Source: a virus
Lineage: Duplodnaviria; Caudoviricetes
Direction: 5' to 3' (one strand)
IMG/VR virus record: IMGVR_UViG_3300018017_000005
Span: 1 to 59,887 of that record
DNA: 59,887 nt
Position 1 is the stretch's first letter. Each line of letters starts with the position of its first letter. The notes under the pieces were generated by a model. It saw only the letters and a list, made by a program, of their open reading frames with translations, made no database searches and was not told the DNA's origin. Positions 1 through 9,714 of this stretch are shown one piece after another. A program made the position numbers and the translations under genes.

Positions 1-1231
1 CTCCTGTCTGCATACGGCCAAGCCCATAGCCAACAGGGTTCATGAATGTAGCAAGCGGTAGACGCGCCGTCTTTGCCATAGCGGCAGCCGCTTGTTCAAT
101 CGCCGAAGCGTGCTTTGCACCTTTTGGAACGTGTTTGCCAACGCCCATTCTGGTTAGACCGCCACCAATCGTTCCAATTCCTCTAGCGACGCGTCCACCA
201 CCAAGCGCTTTAGCGCGCTGATGCCCAGCGGTACTACCAGCGATAGCACCAGTAACTTTACCAACAGTGCCACCTACGCTGCGCCCCTTGCGCTCAAGGG
301 GTGTTTCATCTTTTGCCGCGGCAATCTTACCGACACCACCGGTTTTTACGAGCTGAAGATTGCCTTTGCCGTCCGTTTCGATACGTGCAAGACCAAGAGT
401 GACGAGATTATTTGCGTAAGCAGCCGAGGTTTTCTGTCCCTCAATACTTGTCTTTTGATTGGGGATGGGCTCTTCGGGTTGCTCTGGATGCTCCACGGCA
501 TCGTTGGTCTGAAGCCCGGTACCAGGGTCAGCAGGACGGGTAGGATCCTTCTGCTGCTCAGGATTTTTGGGAGGCTGCTCTAGCGCTCTACCGCTCTCAT
601 TTGGCTGAAGCGGGGGGTTGGAGCTTACCGCGTGCGTAACATCCAATGCACCAGGGCCTTCCCCAGGACCAACACCCGTCGTTGTTCCAGAATCAAGCTC
701 GATTGCGGCAAGCTTTGGATTCATCTTCTTTGCAATAGAATCCAAGGCACCGGCCAACTTGATGGTCAGCGTTGTAGGCATACTCGTAGGTCGCGCCGAC
801 GCAGTTTTTGTCTGTGTAACCGGAGGCGTACCTCCGTTATTCGCGATTTGACGAGCCGCTTCAAGGCCCACATCGACCCGTGCTGCAGCACCCGCCGTGG
901 CTTGTTTGATCAATTCCTGGAGCGAGGGTCGCCCGGTCATCGTAGGCATCGAACTGTTCTCCTGTACGGACGCAACCTTAGGTAGGAACTCAAGCCCACG
1001 TGGAGCTTGTGATTTTTGAGCGCTGGCTCCCATATCGGGTGTTGGCGGAGTTCCTGTATTCACGCGAGAGTACGTTGTACGGCCACCAAGACCTACCGGC
1101 CCACGCTGTCCAGGCGCAGGTTTATTCTCAATTGCCGTTTGTGGCACAGGCGCTTGACGAGCTGGGGCGGTGCTAGGATCAGGAGTTCCCGACCCGATAC
1201 CATCCGCCAGCTTGTACAAAACCTGCCCCAT
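1..1231 (-). CDS. Probable head/core protein, 3'-partial (runs off the window start)
   Basis: Not in the ORF track because no stop lies in the window. Hand translation from ATG at 1231 (MGQVLYKLADGIGSG...) is open to position 1. It contains KLA, KVAS, KQA, KTAS, KLAG, KLAA, KIAA, KHAS and KTA, plus a Gly-rich stretch. Confidence 0.8.
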   Translation of the reverse strand, partial: MGQVLYKLADGIGSGTPDPSTAPARQAPVPQTAIENKPAPGQRGPVGLGGRTTYSRVNTGTPPTPDMGASAQKSQAPRGLEFLPKVASVQENSSMPTMTGRPSLQELIKQATAGAAARVDVGLEAARQIANNGGTPPVTQTKTASARPTSMPTTLTIKLAGALDSIAKKMNPKLAAIELDSGTTTGVGPGEGPGALDVTHAVSSNPPLQPNESGRALEQPPKNPEQQKDPTRPADPGTGLQTNDAVEHPEQPEEPIPNQKTSIEGQKTSAAYANNLVTLGLARIETDGKGNLQLVKTGGVGKIAAAKDETPLERKGRSVGGTVGKVTGAIAGSTAGHQRAKALGGGRVARGIGTIGGGLTRMGVGKHVPKGAKHASAIEQAAAAMAKTARLPLATFMNPVGYGLGRMQTG

Positions 1232-1249
1232 GACTAAAGCCTTTGGCGC

Positions 1250-2002
1250 TTACGCCGGAACCTGAGACCAATCGATCGGGTAACCAGCAGACTCCATGAG
1301 CTCAAGCGCGCGAACGTTGAGCGTGTGGTCGTAATTACCCTTCGTAGCGGCAGAGGCCGTCTTGTCCATCGGAGGAACACCCAGCGTAAGAAGCGCATTC
1401 AACCGATTGGCGGCGTCGTTGACGTCCATATTGGCTGCCTGCGCCAACTTGAGCGCGTACTTGGCCGCCTGAACGTCAAGGGCAGATGCAGCCTGCTTTA
1501 CAGCAGCCGTTTTCGCCGTAGGGACAACGACAGGTACCTGCTTACCGGAAACCGCAGAAGCTTCAGCCAGCTTGATCTTCTGCTGCTCATCGTGGAGAGC
1601 ATGCGCCATAGTGCGCCCAAGGTAATCAGCTTCAGCAACCTTCTGTTGCCACTCAGCCATTGCATAGGCTTGCGCCTGTGCCTCCTTTTTCTCCTCCTCC
1701 TCTTTTTCCTCTTCTTTCTTCTCTTCCTCTTTCTTCTCTTCGTGCGTCTCCCCCTCGCCGTCCCTGTGCTCACCCTCTTCCTTGTTCTCTTCGAAGGGGT
1801 TCTCACCGGCTTGCTTGGTGAAAGCGCTGTAGAGCTCGGTACGAGCCTCAGGAGTCATAGCCGACAGATCAATTCCGTTGGCCGCCGCTGATTTGGCGAA
1901 CAACTCCAGATGGGCTTGTTTGCGCATCTCTTGATTGACAACATCGCCGTACCCATGAGTATTGTAACGAGCTGCGAGCTGGGGGTTCATACCGGTATTC
2001 AT
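1250..2002 (-). CDS. Probable head core/scaffold-like protein (250 aa) with an E/K-rich tract
   Basis: Lies downstream of the protease, with an AG-rich SD-like leader (AGAGGAAGAGA), an acidic EEKKEEE tract and about 10 K-x-A motifs. Confidence 0.7.
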   Translation of the reverse strand: MNTGMNPQLAARYNTHGYGDVVNQEMRKQAHLELFAKSAAANGIDLSAMTPEARTELYSAFTKQAGENPFEENKEEGEHRDGEGETHEEKKEEEKKEEEKEEEEKKEAQAQAYAMAEWQQKVAEADYLGRTMAHALHDEQQKIKLAEASAVSGKQVPVVVPTAKTAAVKQAASALDVQAAKYALKLAQAANMDVNDAANRLNALLTLGVPPMDKTASAATKGNYDHTLNVRALELMESAGYPIDWSQVPA

Positions 2003-2035
2003 TCTCTTCCTCTTACAGAGCGAGAAGCTGTCTAG

Positions 2036-3679
2036 CTAATGATAAAGTTGTATCATCCGGGACGGCAAGTATGCAACTTCGTCCAGGTATGCATCGCGTA
2101 AGTAACAATAAGACAATGGCGTAAACACCTCTTCAGGAGTAGCTGAAGCGATTTTAAGGATATCAATATCCTTCTTTGTCGCCGTTTTCTGAAGCAGGCT
2201 TTGCGCGTAGGGGGCCATGGCCAGAGCTTGTTTTCTATATCCGTTATAAGCGGCCCCAATCTTACGAAGAAGCTCAGAGTCATGGGAAGTACTCTCCCTT
2301 GGAGAATCCCCAGAAGAGCTAATCACAACAACGCGGCGCTCAATGGCTGGAGCCAGAGCCGTGCGCTGATCAAATAAAGGCAAAAGCATTCGCGCCAACG
2401 CAGGCATAAACGAATCAGGAGACAACGGGCATTCTGCGCTATCCTCCGATTCTGGAAATACCTTGTTGTCTTTTTCTAACGAATCTGCCAACGCCCCTCT
2501 ACCCGCCCTTATCAAAACAATTCTTTGGAACTCTCTGGGGCGCAATAGCATGCCAAGTCCACTCGTTGTGCTTAGAGCACTCGACGTGGGTACACCAGCT
2601 AGCGCACTAAGAATTTCTTTAGGTATATCCGGCTCATTCTTGGTCATGAGCGGGATAGCTTTCGCGGCAGCTGGGATAGGAGTTACCTCTTTATCTATTT
2701 CGGCGTTCTTGTCTTTTGCTGATTTACCCAAGAAGGCAACTTTCAAAGCGTCCTGTGCTTCAGCAACTTTCTCAAAGCCGACGTAACGAACAGAAGCTGT
2801 CTTAGCCTCAGGCTCGCTCTGCACCGAACCATTACGCGCGATATAAACCATCACCTTAGCGGTGCGGTCTGCCCCAATGAACACGAAACTGATATCAAAG
2901 AATCTAGGATAGTCGTTGTAGACGAATACCTTCCTGCCATCAGGCAGGATCTTGTTCATGCTTTTAAGGCAATACTCATCGTAGTCATCCCGGGTAATGC
3001 TGAGACCCTTAATGGGATCTTTCTTGTGGTATTCAAGGACAGCGATACCTGGGTGCTTGTGCTTTTTAGGATCAAACGTCGCCTGCGCTTTGCGGTATTT
3101 ATCCCAATCAAGAGTGATCGAGCTGCAGTCATATGGGACCCTTGTGCCCATGCTGACATCGGCGTATTGCCCAGCCTGCAGCTTATCCCAAACCGGGATA
3201 CCCCCGAACTCGATACAGTTAGCATGGTCTACTCGAACAACGAGCTCGACCCGCTTCATGTGGTCATTCCAAACCGCAAGCTCTACGCTGCCATAAGCGC
3301 GATTTATATCCTTATTTTTGTGGTGGGAAAATACACCAGCGTTGTAAAAGGTAGGAAAGCCATAAGACCAATTAGTGGACAGGGCCCTATCAACACCAGG
3401 GTTATCTGACCAATTCGATGGCTTGTGAACAAGTCCAGCTTCTGTAAATGCATCTCCATTAATATTACTGGAGTAATACTCACTGGCGCCCAACGCGTTT
3501 ACGAGAACGTATTGCGCGTCTTGTCTAGGCCTAAGCCCGGCTATGTATTGCGCGATAGGAGTGAGCAAATGCGAGGCGGCAGTCTTCTCAAACGCCCGAT
3601 CTACCTCAGGAGTGCTAAAGAGAGGTATCGCGGTGTAGCCAAAGTCGTTCTGACGTGAGAAGGTACTGAGCTTAAGCAC
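2036..3679 (-). CDS. Prohead (capsid maturation) serine protease, HK97/assemblin-like fold
   Basis: Motif order is typical of caudoviral prohead proteases: N-x-NGDAF, catalytic His region (VFSHHKNKD), catalytic Ser region (ADVSMGT) and FFDISFVFIGAD. The long C-terminal extension carries K-x-A sites. Confidence 0.8.
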   Translation of the reverse strand: MLKLSTFSRQNDFGYTAIPLFSTPEVDRAFEKTAASHLLTPIAQYIAGLRPRQDAQYVLVNALGASEYYSSNINGDAFTEAGLVHKPSNWSDNPGVDRALSTNWSYGFPTFYNAGVFSHHKNKDINRAYGSVELAVWNDHMKRVELVVRVDHANCIEFGGIPVWDKLQAGQYADVSMGTRVPYDCSSITLDWDKYRKAQATFDPKKHKHPGIAVLEYHKKDPIKGLSITRDDYDEYCLKSMNKILPDGRKVFVYNDYPRFFDISFVFIGADRTAKVMVYIARNGSVQSEPEAKTASVRYVGFEKVAEAQDALKVAFLGKSAKDKNAEIDKEVTPIPAAAKAIPLMTKNEPDIPKEILSALAGVPTSSALSTTSGLGMLLRPREFQRIVLIRAGRGALADSLEKDNKVFPESEDSAECPLSPDSFMPALARMLLPLFDQRTALAPAIERRVVVISSSGDSPRESTSHDSELLRKIGAAYNGYRKQALAMAPYAQSLLQKTATKKDIDILKIASATPEEVFTPLSYCYLRDAYLDEVAYLPSRMIQLYH

Positions 3680-3687
3680 AAAAGGCT

Positions 3688-4245
3688 CTATGGAGTACCC
3701 AAAGACTCCTTAAGGTTCTTTTCCTTCTGCATTAGCTCCAGCGCTTTAACGCGCTCTGCCTGTGCCGCGAGCGGGTCGACCTGGCGAGCTCCAGCAGAAA
3801 GTGCATTACCAATGCCAGGACCAGCGCTGGTGAAAGCTTTTGAGATAGAAGACTGAGGTAGTTCTTTGACTTGACCTCGCGCCTCTGCCGCAACAAGCCC
3901 AGGCGCCTGTGTATTACCCAGCATCTTCTTCATGTACGCGCTGGCGATGAGAGGGTCTGAGGCAAACTCAGGATTCATCTTATGCAGCGCGTTGAACATC
4001 AAATTGAACCTTTTTGGGTCCTGCGCGTGATGCTCCTGCAGCTCTTCATCGTTGGCCAACATATTATTGAAATGGTGGCTCTTAGTAACCGCGTTGTAGA
4101 TTTTACTAGCGGCGACAGGAAGGGCCGCGGCGGCAACAGTGGCACCCGCATGAATACCAGCGTTACGAAGCGCAGGCCCCCAACCGTGCTCTTGCGGACC
4201 TTCGGCTTGCTTCGTCGAGAGGTATTCCTCTACCGGATCCATCAC
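3688..4245 (-). CDS. Hypothetical virion protein (185 aa) with leader MMDPVEEYLSTKQA
   Basis: In the head operon, overlaps the upstream gene by 4 nt, and has an N-terminal K-x-A leader. Confidence 0.7.
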   Translation of the reverse strand: MMDPVEEYLSTKQAEGPQEHGWGPALRNAGIHAGATVAAAALPVAASKIYNAVTKSHHFNNMLANDEELQEHHAQDPKRFNLMFNALHKMNPEFASDPLIASAYMKKMLGNTQAPGLVAAEARGQVKELPQSSISKAFTSAGPGIGNALSAGARQVDPLAAQAERVKALELMQKEKNLKESLGTP

Positions 4246-5204
4246 ACCACCTCAGAGTAATGCTGGTTTACCAAGCGCTCAAAAGTAGTGAGCTGGTTAA
4301 TTCCATCCACGACCTCGTTTCTAGAAGCTCTAAGCTGCGCCAGCTTTGCCAGAGTATCGCAATAAGCGTCAAACGTGACGACTACGGGATGCTTCTCGTT
4401 CACAACAAGCCTTGTCCCAGCCGTCTTCTCAATAGAAGCTCCTAGAGCGTCCCAAGAACTAAAAACTTCTTCTTGCAATCGGGGGCTAAGAAAAGCGAAC
4501 GCTGCTTTTACTAGCTCAGGCTTTGGTGCTAGCGCTTGATTCCACGCTTGCACAATAGCGCCTAGAGACGTTCCAGATAACGCGGCTTGTTTAACTTGGT
4601 GATACATCTCCTCAGATACGCTGAGCAGGTCAACTTCAAGCTCCGACATTTGAGCCGTATGCGCGTCCTTGATCGTGGCGAGCTTGTCCCGAAGATCGTA
4701 AACATCAGCCAATGGCTTCGCGAACGGAATAGGAGCAGCTTTTTGACCTACGCGAAATACCTCAGCCAGAATGTCATCGTCAGCTACAGCCGCCGCCGTT
4801 TTTTCAAAGCCACGTGCAGCAGAAGTTTTTATAGGCGTATGCGAATAATCAGCGATGCCCCTGTCAAACACCGTTCCGCCACCACCGTCATTCAAATCCT
4901 TTATCACTTCGCCAAAATGGGCTGGGCCACCATCAAACACCACGTACTTGCTAGCGGCGCCTTCTTTGTTAAATTCAGACAAGAAGGCACACGTGTTCGC
5001 GAACTCGACTACGCGGCGTACCTGCTCCGGCGCAAGTCCAGCGCTTTTAACCGTTTCCACGACAGCTGCGTTAAGTGTTGGCTGAGCGCCACTGCCGTAA
5101 AGATCCGCAGCATGATTCCCGTAAGTCTCCAGCTCTTCTCCGCTAACAGCGCGTGCTGAAGATTGCTGAATCAGTGTCTGCGGTGGTAGGTCGTACTGGC
5201 TCAT
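4242..5204 (-). CDS. Hypothetical head protein (320 aa)
   Basis: Long ORF in the head operon with many K-x-A motifs (FEKTAA, IEKTAG, VKQAA, VKSA, DKLA). Confidence 0.75.
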   Translation of the reverse strand: MSQYDLPPQTLIQQSSARAVSGEELETYGNHAADLYGSGAQPTLNAAVVETVKSAGLAPEQVRRVVEFANTCAFLSEFNKEGAASKYVVFDGGPAHFGEVIKDLNDGGGGTVFDRGIADYSHTPIKTSAARGFEKTAAAVADDDILAEVFRVGQKAAPIPFAKPLADVYDLRDKLATIKDAHTAQMSELEVDLLSVSEEMYHQVKQAALSGTSLGAIVQAWNQALAPKPELVKAAFAFLSPRLQEEVFSSWDALGASIEKTAGTRLVVNEKHPVVVTFDAYCDTLAKLAQLRASRNEVVDGINQLTTFERLVNQHYSEVV

Positions 5205-5227
5205 CGATTGTCTAAAGAGGGTACAAC

Positions 5228-5932
5228 ATGCGCGAGGACAGCGGAAGTAAAGAGAAAGTTGTAACGCTGCGAGAGACCGCAGAGATTCTTGGGGTGACTC
5301 CGGATCGTGTCACTGGCCTAATTCGTAATGGCACGCTCAAGAGAGTCCCTGGAAATCTGAAGTCAGAAGCGTTGCTCTATGCCGCAGACGTTGAGGCTCT
5401 CTACGAAACGCGCCTAGAAGGACGTCAAGGCCCCACGTCTCTTCAGATAAGAATCGCTACAGCAGAAAAAAAGAATAAGCTATTAGAGCATCGAATAGAG
5501 CTTCTCGAGCGGATGCTCGGCTTGGTCCCTCCGGCCGTACGCTACGACAAAACGGAAATTCTCGACTTTCTCAACCGTGTGCATGAGGCGTTGAAGGAAC
5601 CACCCACCGAGACACTGGAGATCCTTGATTGGTGCGCTTGCCTTTTCAGCATCCACGAAGAGCTGTTTGATCTTATCGAAGCTTATACCAGTAACCCCGA
5701 GCCATGGGTTGAGATCATGCTCTTGGCTGAGAGGATGTACAAGAACAGCGAAGGGCGTTTGGACGATCAAGAACTCTTGAACGCCTATACAGAATTGGCG
5801 GCAGCAAGAAGAAGCCTTCGGCATGCGGTCTTCTTCTACATTTGGCGCCGGCAGGGAAGAGAAAAGGCTACGGAGATTATCCCCGAAGTGAGCCCCGATA
5901 TTTTGCATAAAATTGGTAAATACGTTCGATAG
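5228..5932 (+). CDS. HTH DNA-binding protein (MerR/excisionase-like HTH plus coiled coil); regulator or small-terminase candidate
   Basis: N-terminal TLRETAEILGVTPDRVTGLIRNGTL HTH pattern, followed by a heptad-rich segment (IRIATAEKKNKLLEHRIELLERML). Confidence 0.7.
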   Translation: MREDSGSKEKVVTLRETAEILGVTPDRVTGLIRNGTLKRVPGNLKSEALLYAADVEALYETRLEGRQGPTSLQIRIATAEKKNKLLEHRIELLERMLGLVPPAVRYDKTEILDFLNRVHEALKEPPTETLEILDWCACLFSIHEELFDLIEAYTSNPEPWVEIMLLAERMYKNSEGRLDDQELLNAYTELAAARRSLRHAVFFYIWRRQGREKATEIIPEVSPDILHKIGKYVR

Positions 5933-5945
5933 TGGGGCGTATTGC

Positions 5946-7721
5946 CTAGCTTTGATTGGTTGGCCCCGTATAGGGACTGAGTGGTTTACCATCGGGGCCT
6001 TCAATCGAAGGCGCGATGATGTCTGGGCGGCGGATTACTACCATAGACGACAACCAGCAAAACAAGAATGAGTGAAAGGAATCGTCTGGAGTACCCGCTT
6101 TATGGTCGTATTTGACCATGCGTAACGTGTCATTGTACTCGCTATAAATTGCCGTAAAGTCCTCAGCGAACGGCTTCTTGAACTCGTCCCATTTGGGGAA
6201 CTCGGCTTTACCTTTTTTGATGGCCTCAAAGATGGCGCTCATCACAGCGGTACGATGGACCTTCCAGCGCATCATTTTGACGTCAAATACGACCTTCTTA
6301 TTTATGCGCGCCATGTACTGAAACTGATGAACACGGGCGTTACCAAATGCGCGTACTAGGTGATGGTTCATCCCGAAACCATAGCCGTGGTCACAGCCTA
6401 TTGTGGCGGCATTGAAATGGTTAGCAGTGTCCAGAATGATCTTTATCTGAACGCCTGGATCTGCTTCCTCACCCACAAAGCGGTGCATGTACACGACACG
6501 AAAGCGATCCTTTACGTAAGTCGCTATCGTCATTACAGTGTAGCTGTTATTACCACTCCCCCAATCTATACCAAAAAAGAATGGCTCAGATAACGACTGG
6601 TTACGGATTGATTCCAGCTCCGATATCGAGTGTGTACCACACTGCGCCTGAAGCTGCGCTCTAGTGATTGGGCGAGTGCCGGCCTCATAAGAAATACCCA
6701 AACACTCATTCATAAACTGAGCGCGTGGATAATTTTCGTAGTCGTGCAGAACCTCACCCCAGCTACGGATCTTCCATGGCACCATGAGCTGAGGGATACG
6801 GTAGCTTTCCCAAGGTACCTTCTGCCGTTCTTCATCAGGCTCTACCATCCACGCCCATTGAGATCGTTCGCCTTGTGGATCAATTGCTTTTCCACACTTA
6901 GCGCATATTGGTCCCACTTTACCGATATTCTTCTCACCCAATATATTCCAGTTGCCGCACCCTTCGCAGGGAACAACCCACTCTCCCTGTGTACTCCTAT
7001 TCGCCCGGTACTCCTCCATGATGTTATCCAAGCTTTTGGGCGTACCTGAGTATGTATATCCTTTCCAACGCTCTATGGCGTGTGATGTGCACTGTTCAAT
7101 GATAGGAACACAAGCGCGAAGGATATCCTGGAATTCATCTATGCTTAATCTATCGACGGCGTTACCTCGCGTTCGATCGGCGTTGAGAAACGCATAACGA
7201 AGAACGATCTTTGAGCGGTTTATGAACTGCTTCTCAAAGATATTCTGACTCAGCATCCGCGTAGTAAACTGACTGAGTATGGGACTTGTCTCAATGGGCT
7301 CTTTAATGCGGTCATTCGAAAATGTCTTCGTCTGCGATGCGGAAGGGCTAACATACATTTGACGCAAACCCGCTACGAGCATAGCGTAACAAAGTGATCT
7401 ATTTCCGAGTAATGTCGTCTTTTCAGTCTGACGGGCTGCACACAGCAAAATACGCCGTGCTGGGCTGTCGTAAATTTGCTTTAAGTGCCGGCGTCCAGCA
7501 AAAGAAAAAGGTCCGTACCCAGTGCCGTCATCTTTAGGAATAAGAAATGTTCGCGCTGTGAACTGAGATGGGCGCAGTGCTGGTATACTTGGCGCGGTCT
7601 CTTTAGCTCTGCGCAAGACAATAGACTCTTCTTTAGGAGGTACTTCAGGCACCCAAGGCTCGTCATCAAACCAGGTATCGTCGTAGTCGTCCTCAGGCTG
7701 TATTTGTGCGGAGATACCCAT
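5946..7721 (-). CDS. terL: Terminase large subunit, lambda gpA-like
   Basis: Walker A-like AARQTEKTT, Walker B LSIDEFQD, SGTP coupling motif, CxxC...CxxC zinc finger, nuclease motifs FFGIDWG and PDDSFHS. Confidence 0.9.
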   Translation of the reverse strand: MGISAQIQPEDDYDDTWFDDEPWVPEVPPKEESIVLRRAKETAPSIPALRPSQFTARTFLIPKDDGTGYGPFSFAGRRHLKQIYDSPARRILLCAARQTEKTTLLGNRSLCYAMLVAGLRQMYVSPSASQTKTFSNDRIKEPIETSPILSQFTTRMLSQNIFEKQFINRSKIVLRYAFLNADRTRGNAVDRLSIDEFQDILRACVPIIEQCTSHAIERWKGYTYSGTPKSLDNIMEEYRANRSTQGEWVVPCEGCGNWNILGEKNIGKVGPICAKCGKAIDPQGERSQWAWMVEPDEERQKVPWESYRIPQLMVPWKIRSWGEVLHDYENYPRAQFMNECLGISYEAGTRPITRAQLQAQCGTHSISELESIRNQSLSEPFFFGIDWGSGNNSYTVMTIATYVKDRFRVVYMHRFVGEEADPGVQIKIILDTANHFNAATIGCDHGYGFGMNHHLVRAFGNARVHQFQYMARINKKVVFDVKMMRWKVHRTAVMSAIFEAIKKGKAEFPKWDEFKKPFAEDFTAIYSEYNDTLRMVKYDHKAGTPDDSFHSFLFCWLSSMVVIRRPDIIAPSIEGPDGKPLSPYTGPTNQS

Positions 7722-8112
7722 GCAAAACCTCGAAGAAACGAACGACCCTAGAAAGGCACTTGAGGAAATCTATAGCTGGTTGAGCGCAGGTGGAGACTAC
7801 TTTCTAGGCGGTTGGTCTATGGATACCGACGAAAGAAAAGAGTCGCACAGGGTGACACTCCAGGTTCAGCATATTCCCGCGACGATGCACCGGGCAATTA
7901 AAGGCGTTATTCAAGACGTAGCTTTATGCGTAGGCTGGAGAGCTTTGGCTTTGAAAATCACGAATAGCCTGGTGGAGTTTACGCTCAAACCCTACCCGCG
8001 TGAGGAGCGGACGCGGCGAGAAGCGCGTCGTGAAGAGTATCGTCAAGACGCAAAAAGAAAGCGTCTAGATACGCCGCCAAGTCAAGAAGGTGACCATAAC
8101 CCTGAGCTTTGA
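7720..8112 (+). CDS. Hypothetical protein (130 aa)
   Basis: GGAG precedes the ATG and the composition is plausible. It shares CATG with the terL start and overlaps the next minus-strand ORF by 128 nt. Confidence 0.45.
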   Translation: MQNLEETNDPRKALEEIYSWLSAGGDYFLGGWSMDTDERKESHRVTLQVQHIPATMHRAIKGVIQDVALCVGWRALALKITNSLVEFTLKPYPREERTRREARREEYRQDAKRKRLDTPPSQEGDHNPEL

Positions 8113-8455
8113 ACCACCAGCTTGCTACTTCAGGCGTGTATTTTGCCACAATTCTTGGCGCATCGGCCTTGAAATGCTCCTTAGCTACTACACTAAGCGT
8201 AGCGGCGAACGTGTTGAGCCACCAGTATTCCAATTGTTTGATGTCCCACGCTGCCTTAAGCTTGTCCGACACAAAGAAATGGATAATTACAGCCCTGTCG
8301 TTGAGCGTATGCTCCGCAGTAAAATAACGAAAACTGACAGGAGTAAACGTAAGGGCCTGAGGTACACCCATATGCCCTTGAAACTCAGCTGCAGCAAAGC
8401 TCTCGGGGCTACCATCTGCTACGGCCACTACTCGCTCTGACACGTTACTTGTCAT
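7985..8455 (-). CDS. Hypothetical protein (156 aa)
   Basis: Start overlaps the 3' end of the upstream ORF (8445) and is preceded by GAGG; same strand as terL. Confidence 0.6.
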   Translation of the reverse strand: MTSNVSERVVAVADGSPESFAAAEFQGHMGVPQALTFTPVSFRYFTAEHTLNDRAVIIHFFVSDKLKAAWDIKQLEYWWLNTFAATLSVVAKEHFKADAPRIVAKYTPEVASWWFKAQGYGHLLDLAAYLDAFFLRLDDTLHDALLAASAPHAGRV

Positions 8456-9380
8456 TGTCTACCTCTGTGTGTGCAGGGAGCTCTAGGCTCTCTGTAAAGT
8501 TACCATTGGACAGCGCTCTGACTGTAGGAATTTCATTTAGATCTGTAGTCAACGCCACTAGCGCCAGGTTCTTATTACTTTCTACAATCCCGTCATCTTT
8601 AGCGCGCAGGATATTATCCATATTTACGGCTACGGTAGCTAGATCGCGCGCCTCCGTAGCTGACTTAGGACCACCCCTAAGCAAAGCTTCTTGCACCGCG
8701 ATGATGGAGATCGTCCTAGCCCCTTCTGCCAACGCGCTGTAATCAGCCCTGTTCGGCTTTAGTCCATGCCGCAGCTGAAGCTTCATAGCTGCCAGCTTGG
8801 GCGTTGGTGAATTGACTGCCATGTAGCGCGCGTCGCTGTACATAGCCTGCTTCATCGCTTTGGCACGAATTAAATCCTCTGGGGAGCTACCATCTAGCAT
8901 CATGTCATCAACGCGAATGGACATGAGGGCACGTAACTCTGTGGAGTCTACGAGGCTAGTGTTAAAAAAGAAATGCTCAAAGTACTCGATGGCCTTGGGC
9001 GCAACATTAAACCCAAAGCGCCTAAGGCGCGTACAGATTACAAGCAATGGCTCTTCAACAAGAATAAGCGCTTCTACTAGCTCTTTTGCACGAGGATCCT
9101 CTAGAATACTTAAGGCATTTGTAGCGTGCGCATTACGAAAGAAAAGGTTGTGTACCTTATGCTGCTGCAGAAAAGTGTAGGAGGGAACATCGGACTCCAC
9201 CATAGGGAAAAACGGAGTTGGTGGATGCAACGTAGCTCGCAACTGCGCTAAGTATCGACCGCCAGGATAATCCAAGTGATGCTCGCGCAATGTCCTTATG
9301 ATGTCTTCATCCGACAGCTTGTCGGGTAAAAGCATCAGGTAGCGAATATAGACCTCAGCGGGGCTTCTGCGCACAGCCAT
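8445..9380 (-). CDS. Hypothetical helical protein (311 aa from MAVRR); alternative small-terminase candidate
   Basis: Long ORF upstream of terL. Start trimmed from 9452 to 9380 so that it does not overlap the promoter-like motif and ORF at 9417-9640. Confidence 0.65.
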   Translation of the reverse strand: MAVRRSPAEVYIRYLMLLPDKLSDEDIIRTLREHHLDYPGGRYLAQLRATLHPPTPFFPMVESDVPSYTFLQQHKVHNLFFRNAHATNALSILEDPRAKELVEALILVEEPLLVICTRLRRFGFNVAPKAIEYFEHFFFNTSLVDSTELRALMSIRVDDMMLDGSSPEDLIRAKAMKQAMYSDARYMAVNSPTPKLAAMKLQLRHGLKPNRADYSALAEGARTISIIAVQEALLRGGPKSATEARDLATVAVNMDNILRAKDDGIVESNKNLALVALTTDLNEIPTVRALSNGNFTESLELPAHTEVDNDK

Positions 9381-9416
9381 GCTTAGACCATACACCGTGC
9401 AAAAGATCAGCGCCAG

Positions 9417-9437
9417 CAGGCATAACAGTAATGGAGG
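9417..9437 (+). promoter_or_regulatory. Putative phage promoter motif copy 1 (CAGGCATAACAGTAATGGAGG)
   Basis: Matches copies at 25739 and 39457, each directly before a plus-strand unit at a divergent junction. Confidence 0.6.
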
Positions 9438-9442
9438 AACCA

Positions 9443-9640
9443 ATGACGCCAAAACTGGAAGAGAAGCTTCGTACCCTTAATAGCGAAACCTCGCGAGGTA
9501 TTCTCGAGGCGCGTGAGCTCATTGAGTTCACTGAAAAAATCGCAGACGCTGCACGCGCTGCGAACCGACACGTTATTCGTCTAGCATTACCTGGTTTACA
9601 AATACCTGGAGAACGCTCCAGGTTGTTCTGTGAGCGCTAA
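9443..9640 (+). CDS. Small hypothetical protein (65 aa)
   Basis: Strong SD GGAGG 5 nt before ATG 9443, preceded by the promoter-like motif. Confidence 0.6.
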   Translation: MTPKLEEKLRTLNSETSRGILEARELIEFTEKIADAARAANRHVIRLALPGLQIPGERSRLFCER

Positions 9641-9714
9641 AAGCTCAACACCGTAAACAGCAATGCCCTGCGCCGAAGGCCATAGGTAAGCGCGCTACGC
9701 GCAAAGAAAAGGTG

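Noticed and set aside
1680-1790. CT-rich low-complexity DNA tract
   Set aside because: Explained by the Glu/Lys-rich coding segment on the minus strand.
1-5204. Major capsid protein among the head-operon ORFs
   Set aside because: No HK97-fold features were recognisable. The capsid gene probably lies outside the window, beyond position 1.
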